A stretch of 64,000 nt of DNA from the human T2T-CHM13v2.0 reference genome, Homo sapiens. The notes beneath the pieces were generated by a model. The model was not told where the DNA came from and searched no databases. It saw only the letters and a program-made list of their open reading frames with translations. Positions 13,520 through 28,219 of the stretch are shown here, piece by piece (the stretch's first letter is position 1; every line of letters starts with the position of its first letter). The position numbers and the translations under genes are program-made. Location of the stretch: the NCBI RefSeq assembly GCF_009914755.1, contig NC_060947.1; one strand, 5' to 3'.

Positions 13520-16335
13520 TGCTTCCAATTAGAATATAGAAAGTAATGAGAGAATATCACGCTCATCCTATCAACCCAAACACACTGGATATGATACGAA
13601 TTAAATTTATTATAAACACAGGAGGCAAAGAAATCTACTGCAATCCATAGAAAAGAGATGATCTCCTTGTGAGGGAGACGTGGGCCGTGGCTTTTCCTCT
13701 CCCTGATGGATTAGAGCAAGAAGTACAACAAAGAAAAGGGGTAGCAATTTATTTTAAAATCCAAAATTACAACAAACTTTCCATAACCAAATGGGCTGGT
13801 AAGACAGATTAGAGTTCCAGGAGGGTCTGCGCCAGAGGTACCGGGGATCCCCCGCTTTTAGGTCTTCCCAGAATGTATGAGCAGTGCATGCATGCCTGGG
13901 CACAGGACACAGGAGTTGAGATCTATCCCTATGAGGTCCTCAGGCCCTCTCTGAAGTTCTATAAAGCCCTAGTTCTAGTTCTATAAAGCCACTCTCTGAA
14001 GGCAGGAGCAGAAAAATGCTGAGAGAGATTCCTCAAAGCATCCTTGACCTTCACAGATTGCAAGGCAGTTGCCCTCTAAAGACTAGGGGAAGAGATCAGT
14101 GGAGAAAAAGGTCTCCCTAAAACAAAAATATAGAAGCAGAACTGGAAAGCTAAGAGAACTCCTAAAAGATGAATGCTGGGTAGTAAACAAGGGAAGCCAC
14201 CCAGTAAATGAAATGATACAAGTGCTCAAGATTGCAAGGGATGCTGAAAAGAAAGCCCAGAACATGTCTTTGGAAAGTTTAAAGCCACTAGAAAATTAAA
14301 CTAAAGCAGTAGAAAGCATAGATGCAGCTCAACTAGAGGTCAAATTGGCACAAGCCCACACTTTAGGAGCTTGAAAGAAAAAAAAAAATAACAGATTTTC
14401 TCCTGGAGAAAAAGATTACATATTTCACATTCTACTATGCTTTTATGCAAAATATCTGACATGCAAATCAAACATAATGAGACTTCCAAAGAATTATAAA
14501 TGTGTAACCCATGAACAAGACAGGAAATAGTCAATAAAAGTAGTTCTAGAAATATTAGGATTATCAGACAAGGTATTTATGTTACAGGAATTCAGGCAGA
14601 AGAAGAAGGAAAACAAGAGTGGATATTTTAGTAAAGAGGTGAAAACTATAAAGCGGCACCAAAATTTTTTATTATGTATAATTATGAATTTATATATTAT
14701 TTATTAAATAGTTATTTTTAAACCAGAAATAAAATTATGTTATTAAAATGACATATTTGTTAGAATTACTCAACAGGAAACTTAAAAAGCAAACTGTGGG
14801 TGTGTGCTTGTGTAACCTTTGGCATAGGTCCATAAAAAATATCCAAACTGACACCAAATTTGTAAGTAAAAAAGTAGACAAACAGAAAAGAGCAGATGTC
14901 AACTGATAGACAACATCAAACATTGTGTGTGTAAGTGGAGCGTCAGAAAGACATGAGACTGAGAAAACAGCCAAATAATATTGAAAAACAAAATGGCCAA
15001 TACCTTCCTAAAACTGATAAAATACATTACCCAAATAATGTGAGAACCCCAGGCAGGATGAAACAAAGAAAGCGGCACCTGGGCACTCCGTAGTCAATCT
15101 GGTGAAAACTGAAATCATAAATAAACCTTCAAGCAGTCTGAGGGAGTAAAAAGACACATTACAGTGAGCAAAACGTTGAGATAAATGAAATGTTACAGTT
15201 TCCCTTAAACATGGGTATGCAGAAAACAATGGAATGAAAACCGTAAATTGCTGAAGGAATTTCTCTCCTGCAGGCTTGCACTGCAAGAAATGTTAAGAAC
15301 GGAGCTTAAAAATGTAGAAAATAAAAATAGATGTAATGGGAGAAATAGGAAAAAATCCACTCACTCTCAGTAACCCAACAGACAAAGATTCAGTAAAAAT
15401 ATGAAAGATTTCAATTGCGTTATCAACCAAATTTACTTAATTGACTATCGTGGAACAGTATATCCAGCCACTTCAGAAGGTTCACTGATTTGCAAGTGCA
15501 CAGTCACTAAAATTGATTATGTGCTGTGCGTTAAAATAAGTCTCAAAACTTATCAAATGATTCCATACCAAATCATACCAAATATATTCCCTAGCTAAAA
15601 GAATGTTAAATTATAAATCAATGGCAATCAAACACATAGGAAGACCCCACGGCATAAAACAAAGCAAGAGATATGTGTGTGCGAGAGAGAGAAGGGGGAA
15701 GGGTTGGGAGAAAGACGCAGAGACAAAGAGGAAGTGAAAGACAGACACGGAGACAGAGAAAGCCCTATATATTTTTAAAATTAAGATAATTTTTAAAAAC
15801 TCACTGGTCATAGGAAAAAAATCACAAGAGGAATTACAGAAGATTCGACCTGTCTGAAACATGTTCTACAAAGACAGATACACAAATGTTTATAGAACCT
15901 TTATTTGTTACAGTCAAAACATGGAAATAACCCAAATGCCCAACATCTGAAGAAAAGGAGAAACTGTGAAGGATTTGTTCAAGGGAATACCAACCGCAAT
16001 AAAAATGAATAAGCTACTGACAAAAACAACGTCATAATGAATCTCAAGTCTTCTATTGAGTTAAAAACCGACAGAGTATTTTCTTATTATTAAGTAATAT
16101 AAGAAGAGAAAAACATTTTCAGGGCCAATAGAAGTCAGATAAAGGTCTCCTCTGTGGAAGAGTTAATTGGTGGAGAATGGCTAGATGGGGTGATTTTCTA
16201 AGATAATGAAAAAAGTTCTGTATCCTAAATTGGTTCATTGTCATATGGATGTATACAATAGACAAAAAGCAGCAAAGACAGTACTTTACATCTATGCATT
16301 TTCTATGTGTAAGTTACATGTAACTCAATAAAAAA
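13520..16335 (+). mobile_element. Ancient fragmented L1M: ORF1/ORF2 remnants and 3'UTR
   Basis: A-rich decayed sequence with endonuclease-like ATAAGTCTCAAAACTTATCAAATGATT and a 3' end AATGTTTATAG...TGGAAATAACCCAAATGCCC...CTCAATAAAAAA. No intact ORF. Confidence 0.6.
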
Positions 16336-17111
16336 TATATGTTTTAATCCAACATCTCATGTCTTTATAAAACCTGGAAAAAAATTTTCTCTCTCAAGCA
16401 CCAAGCAATGAAAGGAAAAAAAAAAGAGCAAAACAGGGAAGCGAATGGTTTAATATCTGGTACAAATTCTATTTAAAAAGCAAATATAAACTACAATGCA
16501 CTTGAGATTTTCAGATGAGGATTAACTTGCAAATACGAAAAAAAATCCATCTGAACCTTAGCATTATTTTGAGGGAAGTTTCCATTCTTCAGTGGATTAT
16601 ATTTTTCTCCAAATGATTTATAAAATATTTTATTGTATCTGTTGGCTTGCTCCGCTGTGAGTTTTAGTAGTGAGGAACAAAAACAGAAATAACAACTATG
16701 GTGTATGGTTTCGGCCTGTAGGCAAAGGATAGAGCAAATTAATTAATGGCAATTAAGGGAAACAAGTTTAATTGTAGATTCAAATTCCATTAAGTTATTA
16801 GCTGTTTTCATTCAAGTCATGTCAGCTTTCTATATTTTATTGTATCCTAATTTGATACTAAAACAAATCCCGAAATCTAAAGTTTATTTTTCAATGATAA
16901 TGACAAATTTGATATCACTGGTCATTTCTGAGTTCACTGGGTGTTTGGACTCCAGGGAGAATAGACTCCTGCCTTCCTTCAAGGAGTAGGCTGTAGATTA
17001 TATATTATATACTATATATAATTATAATATATATAATATATAATATAATATATAATACTTATAATCTACTATATATAATATATAATCTACTATATATACA
17101 TATGTGTGTGG

Positions 17112-17144
<33 letters not shown>

Positions 17145-18309
17145 TAGTATCAGACCTGTTTAGCAGGGGCAGACAAAAATGGAGTTACAGCCCTAGTTAC
17201 AATTGGCAGAGAAAAATCTATTGAGACAAGAGGCTTGCAGCGATGCAAAAAATCATTACGTTAAAGGGGTGTGCCACAATCTTGATCACACATTCCTTTG
17301 CTTAGAATATGTAGCAAAGCAGTTCGGTCTCATTTGGAAGCACCGAAGGTTGTAGATTTAGTATGTACCAAGAGTTTAAGGAGGAAAAATCCACCCTCAT
17401 AAATTTTCATGAAATGAATATGGTTAAAAATGAACCACTACCGATTTAACCCATAATAAGCACAGAATTCTCATTTTTGAAATACACTCAGGAAATCCTC
17501 AAGGTTATCTTGTTTCTAACGAGTTGAAAGCTTTACATTCTGTTCCCCCAAATAATTGACATTGTTGAAGATGTGTACCAAACAGAAAAATGATTTTTTT
17601 CCTGGCCTATCGTGATTTCGTAGGTGAGATAATTAGATTAGCGTAGCAATATTCTTTTTTCTTTTTCACAGCAATTACATCATACTTTTCTATGTGTGTA
17701 CTTACGAGGGCTCATCTGAAAAACTGGCAGGTTCCCTAGTGTCCTGGAGTGTGTGATGGCTTTAATATATTTTAAGAGAGAAAAATAAATTTAAAAAACA
17801 ATTTTCTTAGCATCATTAAGAAAATAAGCAACTGGATCTTAAAAAAATTATCAGTTTATTATGTGTGCCTGTTAAGAATATAAATGAAGAAAATAAACAA
17901 ATTTTATAATATCTTTTAATTAGTTCCACTCACTGACATTAACTTTTGAGAATCAGTTTTATGTTTCTAACAGTGAAATTCAAAATCTCCACTTCTTCAA
18001 CTTTCTGTAGTAATGTGTCATTTTTTTGGAATCACTTATCAGCGAGCTATGCCACCCAAGGCAGTTTTTCAAAATCTGACCATTTTATAAGGAAACATTC
18101 ATTTTAACAAATGGGCTATAATTTGATGTCTTCTTTAAATGCTGAACACCATTTAAATAAGAGTTTCCCAAATTGTGTTGTTAGGCACACTAACGATATA
18201 GGATATTATTTCATACATGAAATGTATTGCATAAGCTGTATTAAAATCCTGTAAAATTGTTCCTTTTAGAGATACATTTTTATCAGAGGCTAACTTAGTT
18301 TATTGTCTT

Positions 18310-18720
18310 TACAAATAGTATCTCACTAAGGTAAAATGTATACAGAAAAGAATGTATACTCCATAAGTATGCAGCTTAATGCACTTTGGTAAAAAACTGT
18401 TGTATCCAAATAAGCATCACTAAGAACAAGATATAAAACATCTCTATCCTCCCAGGGAAGTTCTTCATGCCTATTTCCAACAAATGCCATTCGTCAAGCC
18501 AACCACTTCTGCTGACTGATCTTGAACTTCCTATTAAGACATCAGTCTTGAATGACCTTGAACTTCATATTAGGGAAGCACACACTCTGTATTCTTTTGT
18601 GTCTGGCTTCTTGCAGTGATTAAATTTTTTTGAGGTTCATTTATGCTATTCTTGAATTAGTAGCATTTATTTTTGTTTGCTTAATTCCTGAGAAGTATTT
18701 CATTGGTGGGCATTCAGTTT
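18310..18720 (-). mobile_element. Old L1M 3' end
   Basis: CTTGAACTTCATATT...GTATTCTTTTGTGTCTGGCTTCTT...TGAGGTTCATTTATG. Confidence 0.6.
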
Positions 18721-18817
18721 TGCTTAATTTTACTTATTCTTGAAACTCAGGGTCAAAATCATGAACATCAACAATTGTACGGTGTGGTATTTAACCCCAA
18801 GATGACTTGGGAATGAG

Positions 18818-19188
<371 letters not shown>

Positions 19189-20151
19189 TAAAACTGTATC
19201 ATCTAGCTGTATATACTTTTATTATTGTAAGAAATTGTTGTAAATAGTAACTCAAGGAACTGGACATTAAATTAAACTTGTCAAAAGTAACATTGAATCC
19301 TCCTGATATTACTTAAAATAGGTATTTTACCCATTGGTTGAACACTCTGAAATAGAACTTGGTGGAGAGTCTAAAATCTAACAACAGCAACAGAAGACAA
19401 ATTGCCACTCTGTTACTCACAAGGGAAACTGATTGAACAATCCATTTTTGTTGGCGGTTACCCATTTCTACCTAAGAAATGATCACCTTTAAAAAATTAG
19501 GTTCAAGAATTTGAAGATGCTTACTATTCTTATAACATCTGCGTGAACACTAAGGCCATGATAAATTCTAATTCTTGGAAATCATTTTCTTTTATGCATG
19601 GAAGTTCAGGACATACTGGTAGCATATCATTTTCATTGTGAATATTTGCTGATAGTTATCTCTTTAAATTCTTGTTCCTCTCAAATTATAAAAGGCAGCT
19701 TAATTTTCCAAGGACAATTTACTTTTCGAAGGAGGCATTCTTAACCAGTGACCTATATATATGCATACAAAATCCCGTCAAATTCTGAAAAGATGCATGT
19801 GCTCATTGTTCTGGACGAGGCCAATAATTGTGATCAGTTACTCAAAAGTGTTTGTGACTCAAAGGATGTCAAAAATTGCTACTTAAATGATGATATTCTG
19901 CTTACTCTTGCTGATATTTTGAGAAATGTCAGAAAAAAATCGTATGATATAGGAAACCCATCTGTCAGCTCTCAAAATAAAGCTCAGTGATTTCTGTTTT
20001 CAGACAGCAGCAAACATTTCTGTAAAATCAAATTATCTTCTTCTGATAAATCCCCTCAAAGGTTCAGACTGCTCAAAAAGTAAGTGTAAATTTTAAATAA
20101 GACAAAAACTTTTGCCAAATTATAGAATGGATACAATTGAACACTTAACGG

Positions 20152-20154
20152 TTT

Positions 20155-20197
<43 letters not shown>

Positions 20198-20465
20198 TTG
20201 AGGCAGAGCCTCGCTCTGTTGCCCAGGCTGATCTCTGCTCACTGCAACCTCCACCCCCGGATTCAAGTGATTCTCCTGCTTCGGCCTCCCGAGTAGCTGG
20301 GATTACAGGCATGTGCCACCATGCCCAGCTAATTTTTGTATTTTTAGTAGAGATGGGGTTTCACCATTTTGGCCAGGCTGGTCTCGAACTCCTGGCCTCA
20401 AGTGATCCACAGGCCTCGGCCTCCCAAAGTTCTGGCATTACAGGCATGAGCCACCATGACCAGCC
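20152..20465 (-). mobile_element. Alu (AluS-like) with (TTTA)n tail, short internal deletion and target-site duplication
   Basis: Flanks GAACACTTAACGGTTTT / GAACACTTAGGGTTTT; consensus GAGTGCAGTGGCGC missing after CCCAGGCTG. Confidence 0.95.
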
Positions 20466-21374
20466 TGAACACTTAGGGTTTTAGATAGTGTGAAAAAGAT
20501 GTACACAACAGAATGGTTACCTACTCACAACTATTCCTATATTGGGACAGAGTAAAAAAGTTATATTCAGAAACTGATTTTAAGAGGGCATAGAATAGTT
20601 TTATTAATGTTATAATTTCATACTTAAAAGGTAGCATTAAAATAATTTCTGGTTTACTTTTTTAAAAAGAGCAGTTTTTTCTGCCAGTCCACAAATTTAG
20701 GAAGAAGATGGTTAAATTTCAATCTGGTCTTCGCAAAAATAACAAGCATGAACATTTGGGATTACAAGTCTTATTTAAAGAATTGCATCATTTGAAGCTG
20801 AGATTAAATATGTAAATGCTAATGATTTATTTTACACACCTCAAACTAACATAAATAATTTCATACTACCATATGTACAAGTAATTTGCTCTTGTTGACC
20901 CTGATGGATTTATCAACTCTTATAAATGTTGAGTCACTTATAGGACACACATGCACATACACACGCACATATATACACACATGCACATTTTTTATCATGG
21001 AAATATAGTAAGTCTTTAAATAAATGCAATCTTAGGTGAAAAAAATGACTATAATTTTAATATTTAATTTTTTTATTTCTTGGGAAGAATAAAAAGCATC
21101 TGAAAACAGGTATAAGACCTGATTCCTTGGTCACTTAAACCCAAATCAGAAAAAAAAAAAAGAGAGATTGAATTAACTAGAACAAATCGCAATTATTTAA
21201 AGACTTCTAAAGCATCTCATATGCTTAGGAAACTGCATGTAACATTTACTTTTGAGGAGTGAGTTTCATTTCTAACCAAAGAATAGGGTAAAGAATAATG
21301 TATCTGAAATTACAAACTACTTCTGATATGGCCATTCTGGTGTCTACAGCCTTTTTTGTCTCTTCCTGAACAAC

Positions 21375-21738
21375 CTGTGTCCCCACCCAAATCTCATGTC
21401 AAATTGTAATCCCCAGTGTTGAAGGAGGGGCCTGGTGGGAGGTGACTGGATCATGGGGGCGGATTTTCTCCTTGCTGTTCTCGTGATAGTGAGTGAGTTC
21501 TCACGAGATCTGGTTGTTTAAATGTGTGTAGCACTCCCCTTCTCTCTCTTCCTCCTCCTCTGGCCATGTGAGGAGTGCCTGCTTCCCCTTCACTTTCTGC
21601 CATGATTATAAGTTTCCCGAGGCCTCCCCAGCCATGCCTCCTATGTAGCCTGTGGAATCATGAGCCAATTAAACCTCTTTTCTTTATAAATTACCCAGTC
21701 TCAGGTAGTTCTTTACAGCAGTGCGGGAATGGACTAAT
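21375..21738 (+). mobile_element. MaLR solo LTR (MSTA/THE1D-like)
   Basis: TGTGTCCCCACCCAAATCTCATG...GGTGGGAGGTGACTGGATCATGGGGGCGG...ATTAAACCTCTTTTCTTTATAAATTACCCAGTCTCAGGTAGTTCTTTA. Confidence 0.9.
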
Positions 21739-21764
21739 TTATTCCTGTGTATTTTTTAAAGTGG

Positions 21765-21908
21765 TTGGATAGCAAATACTGTGGCTTTCTGTGCAAACTA
21801 CTCAACTCTATCTAACATTGTAGAGTAGGTAGCCACAGATAATGTTGTCATGTTCCAATAAAACTTCATTGACAAAAACGGATGGATGGCTTAGTTTGCA
21901 AACTTGAT
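21765..21908. mobile_element. MER58-like hAT-Charlie MITE fragment
   Basis: ACTACTCAACTCT...TGTTCCAATAAAACTTCATTGACAAAAACGG...TAGTTTGC. Confidence 0.6.
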
Positions 21909-23544
21909 ATAGTGGACAAGGAAAATGAGAAAGCCAATGTCATTTTGTTTTATAAGGACTAGAGTTGGAATGAGGGATTGCTGTATTGTTTAGAAGGGGT
22001 AGGCACTTAAGCCCAGTTGACCACAAAGATGAGTGCAAAGTACTTACTAAGGAGCATGAACAATCTTAGGCAGTGTCTGGGTATTCTATGTTCTTTCCCT
22101 AACATCTGAAAAAGTCTTTTCTATTCTGATTAAAGTGCTTTCTGAAATCATCATTCAAAAGTACATTTGAAAAGATCCAGTAATGAGGGCATTTCTCTGA
22201 ATTTCCACAATACGTTATAAAAGCTGAACTGTATTCTCCATGTATTGGAAACCACTGAAGATGAGAAGGGAGCCAAAAGTAGTGTCTTCTCACAGATCAG
22301 GTCCCCCAGTCCTCTGGCTGCTGCATTTGGCTGACATTGACTTCCTATGACAGAACTGATAAACCACTAAATAATAGTGTCTTTAGAAGGATGGATCATC
22401 ATTTGCAAAATTTTATTTCTTGCAAGGTGACAGTTTGTGAGCTTAGATGTAGATTAAAAAATAAAAGAATTTCCCCAATATCAAACTCTCTTTAATAAGC
22501 CCCAATAGGGGGCCCCTTAGGAAATTATTGAGAACACATTATTAAATTTTTTTTCTTTCTCAAATATCTACCATTCCAAAAGGTACTACTTTTACCAGAA
22601 AAGTCTATCAATATTTTGTTGTAGCTGATGGTATGGGTGAGGCACATCAACTCACTGGATTACATTTACTCTTAAACTGTTTCTATGTGCCATGATCCAT
22701 CTTCTCTGTGTGTATGCATGTGCATGTGTGTGTGTTTGTTGGAATATTTGTTTGTGTGTTTGGTTCAACACCCCACTTCTGTAACTCTCTTGAGAAATCT
22801 GTCCTTATGCTATTGTGATCTCCACGTGAAAGTACAAAAAGACTCAGAACTCTCTGGGAGGTATTTCCCCCAGGGAGACCATTAGGCAGTGGCTGACATA
22901 TGTGTACTTGTGAAAACCTGTCTTTCTGTATTCAAACTAAGAAGAGCCAGGATGCACTCTTCAGTGTTGCTATGAAATGAGGCAGAGTCTTGGAATTTTC
23001 TCACCTTTTTATTCATTATGTGACTTCCCCCATCTTTCCCTTATCTGTTTCTTAATAATGAGGACTCCTCTTGTGGCTTGCTTCTTTGGTGTCCCACTTA
23101 TTACAATAAAATCAATATTATAAGCTCCCAAATTAATGAAAAAATCCAAGTAGACCATGAAATGCAAATGATTGAACCAGGTGGTACAGACTGCCAGATA
23201 CGTTGGTGTGATTTTACTAAGCTAGATTTTAGTTTTCTTTGATTAAAAATATAAAAAATAAAAATGCTACAAATTACCAAACGATCAGCTTTTTTCTTCC
23301 ATTTGATCTGTGGAATTTGGGAGATGAAATCATCAAGTGATCTTTCTGTAGTTGCGGTTTCATGGCATTTGAGAGGAAATGTTGGACTCCTTTCTTTTAT
23401 GCAAGGGACATTTGTGCCTGGCTGGTTTGATAAAACCATTTAAAAATGGCTGTGTCAATTTAAAGTCACTGTCTGTTTATTGGTAAGATATAAGAAGAGT
23501 GGTCACTGTGGTGTGTAAAATAAAGCCTCCATACTTTGAATATA

Positions 23545-24043
23545 CATAAACGAATGGCTGTATCCAAAAGGTATCCATATCCTAACCCTGAAAGCTAAGA
23601 ATATATTAGATTGACCAGCAGAGAGGAATTAAAGTGGTTGGTGGGATTAATGTTGTTAGTCAGTTGACCTTAAACCGTGGTGATTATCCTGGATTATTTG
23701 GGTGTGCACGATGTAATTACAAGTTTCCTTCTGTGTGGAAGAGGGATTCAGAAGAAGGGTTAGCATAATAGAGATGGTTTTGTAAGAAACACTTTATTGG
23801 TCATTGCTAGTTTTGGAGTGGGATGACTACCATGAGTCCAGAAATACGGGAAACTCCTAGAAGCCAGGAAGATCAAGGAAACAGATACTTATCTAGAGCC
23901 TCCAGAAGGAAACATGATATTACCAATGCCTTGATTTTAGCCCAGGGAGACCTCTAGGACTTTAGAACAGTAAGATCTATACCTGCATTGTTTAGACATT
24001 AAGTTGCTGGGAATTCGTTACAGAAACAACAGAAAACCCATAC
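23545..24043 (+). mobile_element. MLT1 (MLT1D-like) MaLR LTR
   Basis: GATTATCCTGGATTATTTGGGTG...TCTAGAGCCTCCAGAAGGAAAC...CCTTGATTTTAGCCCAG...TCGTTACAGAAACAACAGAAAAC. Confidence 0.75.
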
Positions 24044-24902
24044 CATCATCCCTGAGCCTCACCGAAACTTTCACCGCCCCAAGTACCTCCATGAATCAAA
24101 GGACAATGATCAAATACATGATAGTATTGATGATAACATGAGCTTCAGGAATAAGTAAGGGCATGAAAGTTGTTCTGGACTCTAGAGAACATTTTTTCTT
24201 TGTTCTTTCTGGAATCGACCATCTACCTGTTGGAATTCTACTGGCTTTTATCTGGTGGCAATATTTAATGAGGGCACTTTTCCCCACCTCTCACCAAGGA
24301 TTGAGCTAATAATCTGGCCAGGCCAACATTTCTATGCCTCTCAGTTTACATCCGTTAAACAGAAGCAGAACAAAGACTGAATTAAGTCTACCAACCCAAG
24401 ACAAGCAAACTCAGAGACACCTGAGACCTGCAGCTGGTGGTAGTTCAAGGTTCCACCAGAAAGCTGCCCAAAGGAGTTAAATCAACATAGCTTGTGGTTC
24501 AAAGGCTGTTCCTACAGTAAAAACCAAGGGAAAAGGATTCCAGCTTCCACTGATGTTCACGAGTTCCCTTTTACGTGAATTTGAAGTAAAGGTAACGCAT
24601 TCAGGCAGAAATGTACTGCAGCTGCAAAACCCACACACCTGAAATCCTAGAGAATTCTGAGCATTTGGGACAGAATCTTAAGGACCTGCTGATTTGTAAA
24701 ATGAGTAGAAGTATGTTAGATCAATGGTAAGACATTTCTGGTGGTGCTATTTCACCCGAGGCTGTGAATGCCTGTGATGTAAGGCAAAAGTGAGGCAAGA
24801 GCAAGAATCCTCCCAGCTAGTATCTATTGTTGCAATAATAAATTCTTTATTAGAATTATAGAAAACTACTATTTATCTTTTGCATAGAAAAATTATAGAT
24901 GT

Positions 24903-25261
<359 letters not shown>

Positions 25262-25297
25262 TTAAGGTAAATATTTTAAAAATGCATCTATTTTTAA

Positions 25298-25445
25298 GGC
25301 TTTATTTTTTACAGCAGTTTTAGACTCACAGGAAAATCAAGAGGAAGGTACCCTTGCCCCCACACATGCATAGCTTTCCCCATTATCAACATCCCCCACC
25401 AGAGTGGTACTTTGATTACACAGTTGTTACAATTGATGACCCTAC
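25298..25445 (-). mobile_element. L1MC/MD-like 3' end fragment
   Basis: TTTATTTTTTACAGCAGTTTTAGACTCACAG...TTATCAACATCCCCCACCAGAGTGGTAC. Confidence 0.7.
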
Positions 25446-25746
25446 AAATTGAATTTATTTTTGAGATGGTCCTCATCTTCTTATACTTATTTTCTATAAT
25501 CTTAATCAAGGGTTGTATGTTAGGTCAGATTCTCTGAAAAGCATTCAAGACATGCAACATGTTTATTAGGGGGATGCCTTAAGAGTTCAGTGTATGCAAT
25601 TGCTAGCAAGGTAGCTCTCTCCTGGGTACTAAGCAATATTTTACAGTGTAGGATCCTCCCTCTTTCATTCTACTCTTGCTTTTTTTTTCTAAATTTCTCT
25701 TTGCTCTTCCTTTCTATTCATTTTATCTCTTCGCCCATTTTGTCTA

Positions 25747-26110
25747 TGTATTAGTTCTTTTTCACGCTGCTGATAAAGACATACCTGAGACTGGGTGATT
25801 TATAAAGAAAAAGAGGTTTAATGGACTCATAGCTCCACGTGGCTGTGGAGGCCTCACAATCATGGTGGAAGGCAAAAGCCATGTCTTATATGGCAGAAAA
25901 CAAGAGAGAGTATGAGAACCAAGTGAAAGGGGTTTCCCCTGATAAAACCATCAGATCTCGTGAGACTTATTCACTACCATGAGAACAGTATGGGGGAAAC
26001 TGCCCCCATGATTCAATTATCTCTCACCAGGTTCCTCCCACAACATGTGGGAACTAGGGAAGCTTCAAATTAAGATGAGATTTGGGTGAGAACATGGCCA
26101 AACCATATCA
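25747..26110 (-). mobile_element. THE1 (THE1B/C-like) solo LTR, complete
   Basis: TGTATTAGTT...GCTGCTGATAAAGACATACCTGAGACTGGG...AAACCATATCA; 5-bp TSD GTCTA/GTATA. Confidence 0.92.
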
Positions 26111-26126
26111 GTATATACGGACATCC

Positions 26127-26285
26127 CCATGATAAATCACCATCGCCCCCACCATTATCAATATCATTATCACCATCATCATCATCATCACTATCACCAT
26201 CATCATCATCATCATCACCATCATCATTATCACCATCATCACCATCACTATCATCATCATCATCATTATCATCACAATCACCATT

Positions 26286-26320
<35 letters not shown>

Positions 26321-26385
26321 AGTCACCATCATCAACATAATGGCCATCAACACCATCACCATCATCATCACCATTATGATAATCA
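26127..26385. repeat. Degenerate (CAT/CAC)n trinucleotide repeat, ~260 bp
   Basis: Direct reading; produces the poly-His/Met/Ser ORFs. Confidence 0.95.
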
Positions 26386-26817
26386 TTTTCTTAAACAATC
26401 AATATTTTCTACAGTGTATGAGCTTCTTGGTTTTCCCAGTGTTGTATGGATTTGCCACATGGCAGCTTGTGAAACTTTATATGCAAACCTTAAAGTCTTT
26501 GTGCTGAACACATTTCCATGTGTTTTGAAGCAAACTGCTCATCTGAAGTACAGAATCCCACAGTATTCCTTGAGTGAACTACCAAGAATCTGGAGAATTT
26601 TTCTGTCTCCACTACTTCTGATATTTGCAGACTTTTGGGTAATTTTTTCCCTTTTAAGTTGACTTTGTTATTTTAAAGTCTGCCTGAGAACCTAAGAGAA
26701 TAGTAGACTTGAGTTGCAGTAAAAGATCTACATGAGTACACATATTTGCGAGGTGAATAGGTTTCAGTGACTCCCAAAGAGTGGACTCATTCATACTGTT
26801 GTAACAATTTTATTATA

Positions 26818-27227
26818 CAGTTGATTCTTGAACAACATGGGGGTTAGGAGCACAGCCCCTCTGTGCAGTCAAAAATCCGCATATAACTTTTGACTCCTCA
26901 AACATTTAATTACTAATAGCCAACTGTTGACCAGAGCCTTACTGAAAAGAAAAACAGTTGTTTAACACATATTTTTATGCTATACGTATTATATATTGTG
27001 TTCTGAAAAGAATGTAAGCTAGAGAAAAGTCTTTAGGTGGAAGTGGATCATCTTAAAAGTCTTCATACTCATCATCTTCAGGTTGAGCAAGCTGAGGAGG
27101 AGGAAGAGGAAGAGAAAGAGGAAGAGGAGGGTTCGGTTGTGCTGTCTCTGGGGTAGTAGAAGTGGAAGAAAACCTGTATATACATATACTTATGCAATTC
27201 AAACCTGTTTTGTTCAAGGGTCAATTG
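26818..27227. mobile_element. Tigger2a/MER28-like MITE
   Basis: TIRs CAGTTGATTCTTGAACAA ... TTGTTCAAGGGTCAATTG, flanked by TA on both sides. Confidence 0.85.
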
Positions 27228-28046
27228 TATATTAAATGTGTACATAATATTTCCTTTGGCAGGAAGGAGTGACTCCTCACAGCATAAATTTTTAAAATGT
27301 CAAAATATATTGTTTCTTGCTCTGCCAATGATGATTTCCTCAAAGTTTGAGCTGTTCATTTGATGCCACTTACATTTTTCACATAAATATCCAGTAAGAA
27401 AATAGAATTCCCTGTCACTGGGCTTTCTCATGCTGGCTCAACAATGAATATTTCTTTGCCTAACTAAAGGGAGATTTTTTTTTAATTTGTGATTTAATCT
27501 GCAATGTATAAGCTTGCACTGAAATTGGCACAATTCATAGCTATTTTCTAACGTGGATTTTGTGATGTGTACAGTTTCGGTTTTTTCTGATAGATTATAA
27601 ATATGTGTGGAATTTTCACAAATTAACTATGCTTTGAAATTAGTTTTTCATATACAGAAGAGGGCACCAAAGTCAATCAACAAATTTAGCTTTTAGGCGC
27701 CAACTTGGCCTCTGAGGATGCATGGAAACTCTTGGGGAAAATAGGAAGTTTAAATAGCTGTAAATTCTGGCATTTGAATTAATATTCATCGTAGACTTGA
27801 ATGCAATATCTACCACGCAGCTCAAGATGTACTCATTAGGATCATCCATCTTCTTTACGCCTTGAAACTTGAAGCAAGATCTAAGTCACGAGGAAACAAA
27901 TTGCCATCATAAACACAGTAAAAACTTTCAAATACCGCAGATGTAAATATTGAATACAAATTAGCCAGGGATGAGCTCTATACCTTCAGGACTTACATCA
28001 TCTCTCTCAATATCTAGTACTTCAGAGATGTAAAAAAGCTAATAAT

Positions 28047-28219
28047 GGCTGGGCACGGTGGCTCACGCTTGTAATCCCAGCACTTTGGGAGGCCAAGTCG
28101 GGTGGATCACTTGAGGTCAGGAGTACGAGACCAGCCTGGCCAATGTGGTGAAACTCCATCTCTATTAAAAGTACAAAAATTAGCTGGGCATGGTGGCACA
28201 TGCCTGTAGTCCACGCTAC
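28047..28219 (+). mobile_element. 3'-truncated Alu (left monomer plus start of right)
   Basis: Ends abruptly at GCCTGTAGTCCACGCTAC; no poly(A). Confidence 0.92.

Noticed and set aside
26086-26662. Poly-His (177 aa), poly-Met and poly-Ser ORFs
   Set aside because: Three frames of one CAT/CAC repeat; no splice or domain evidence.
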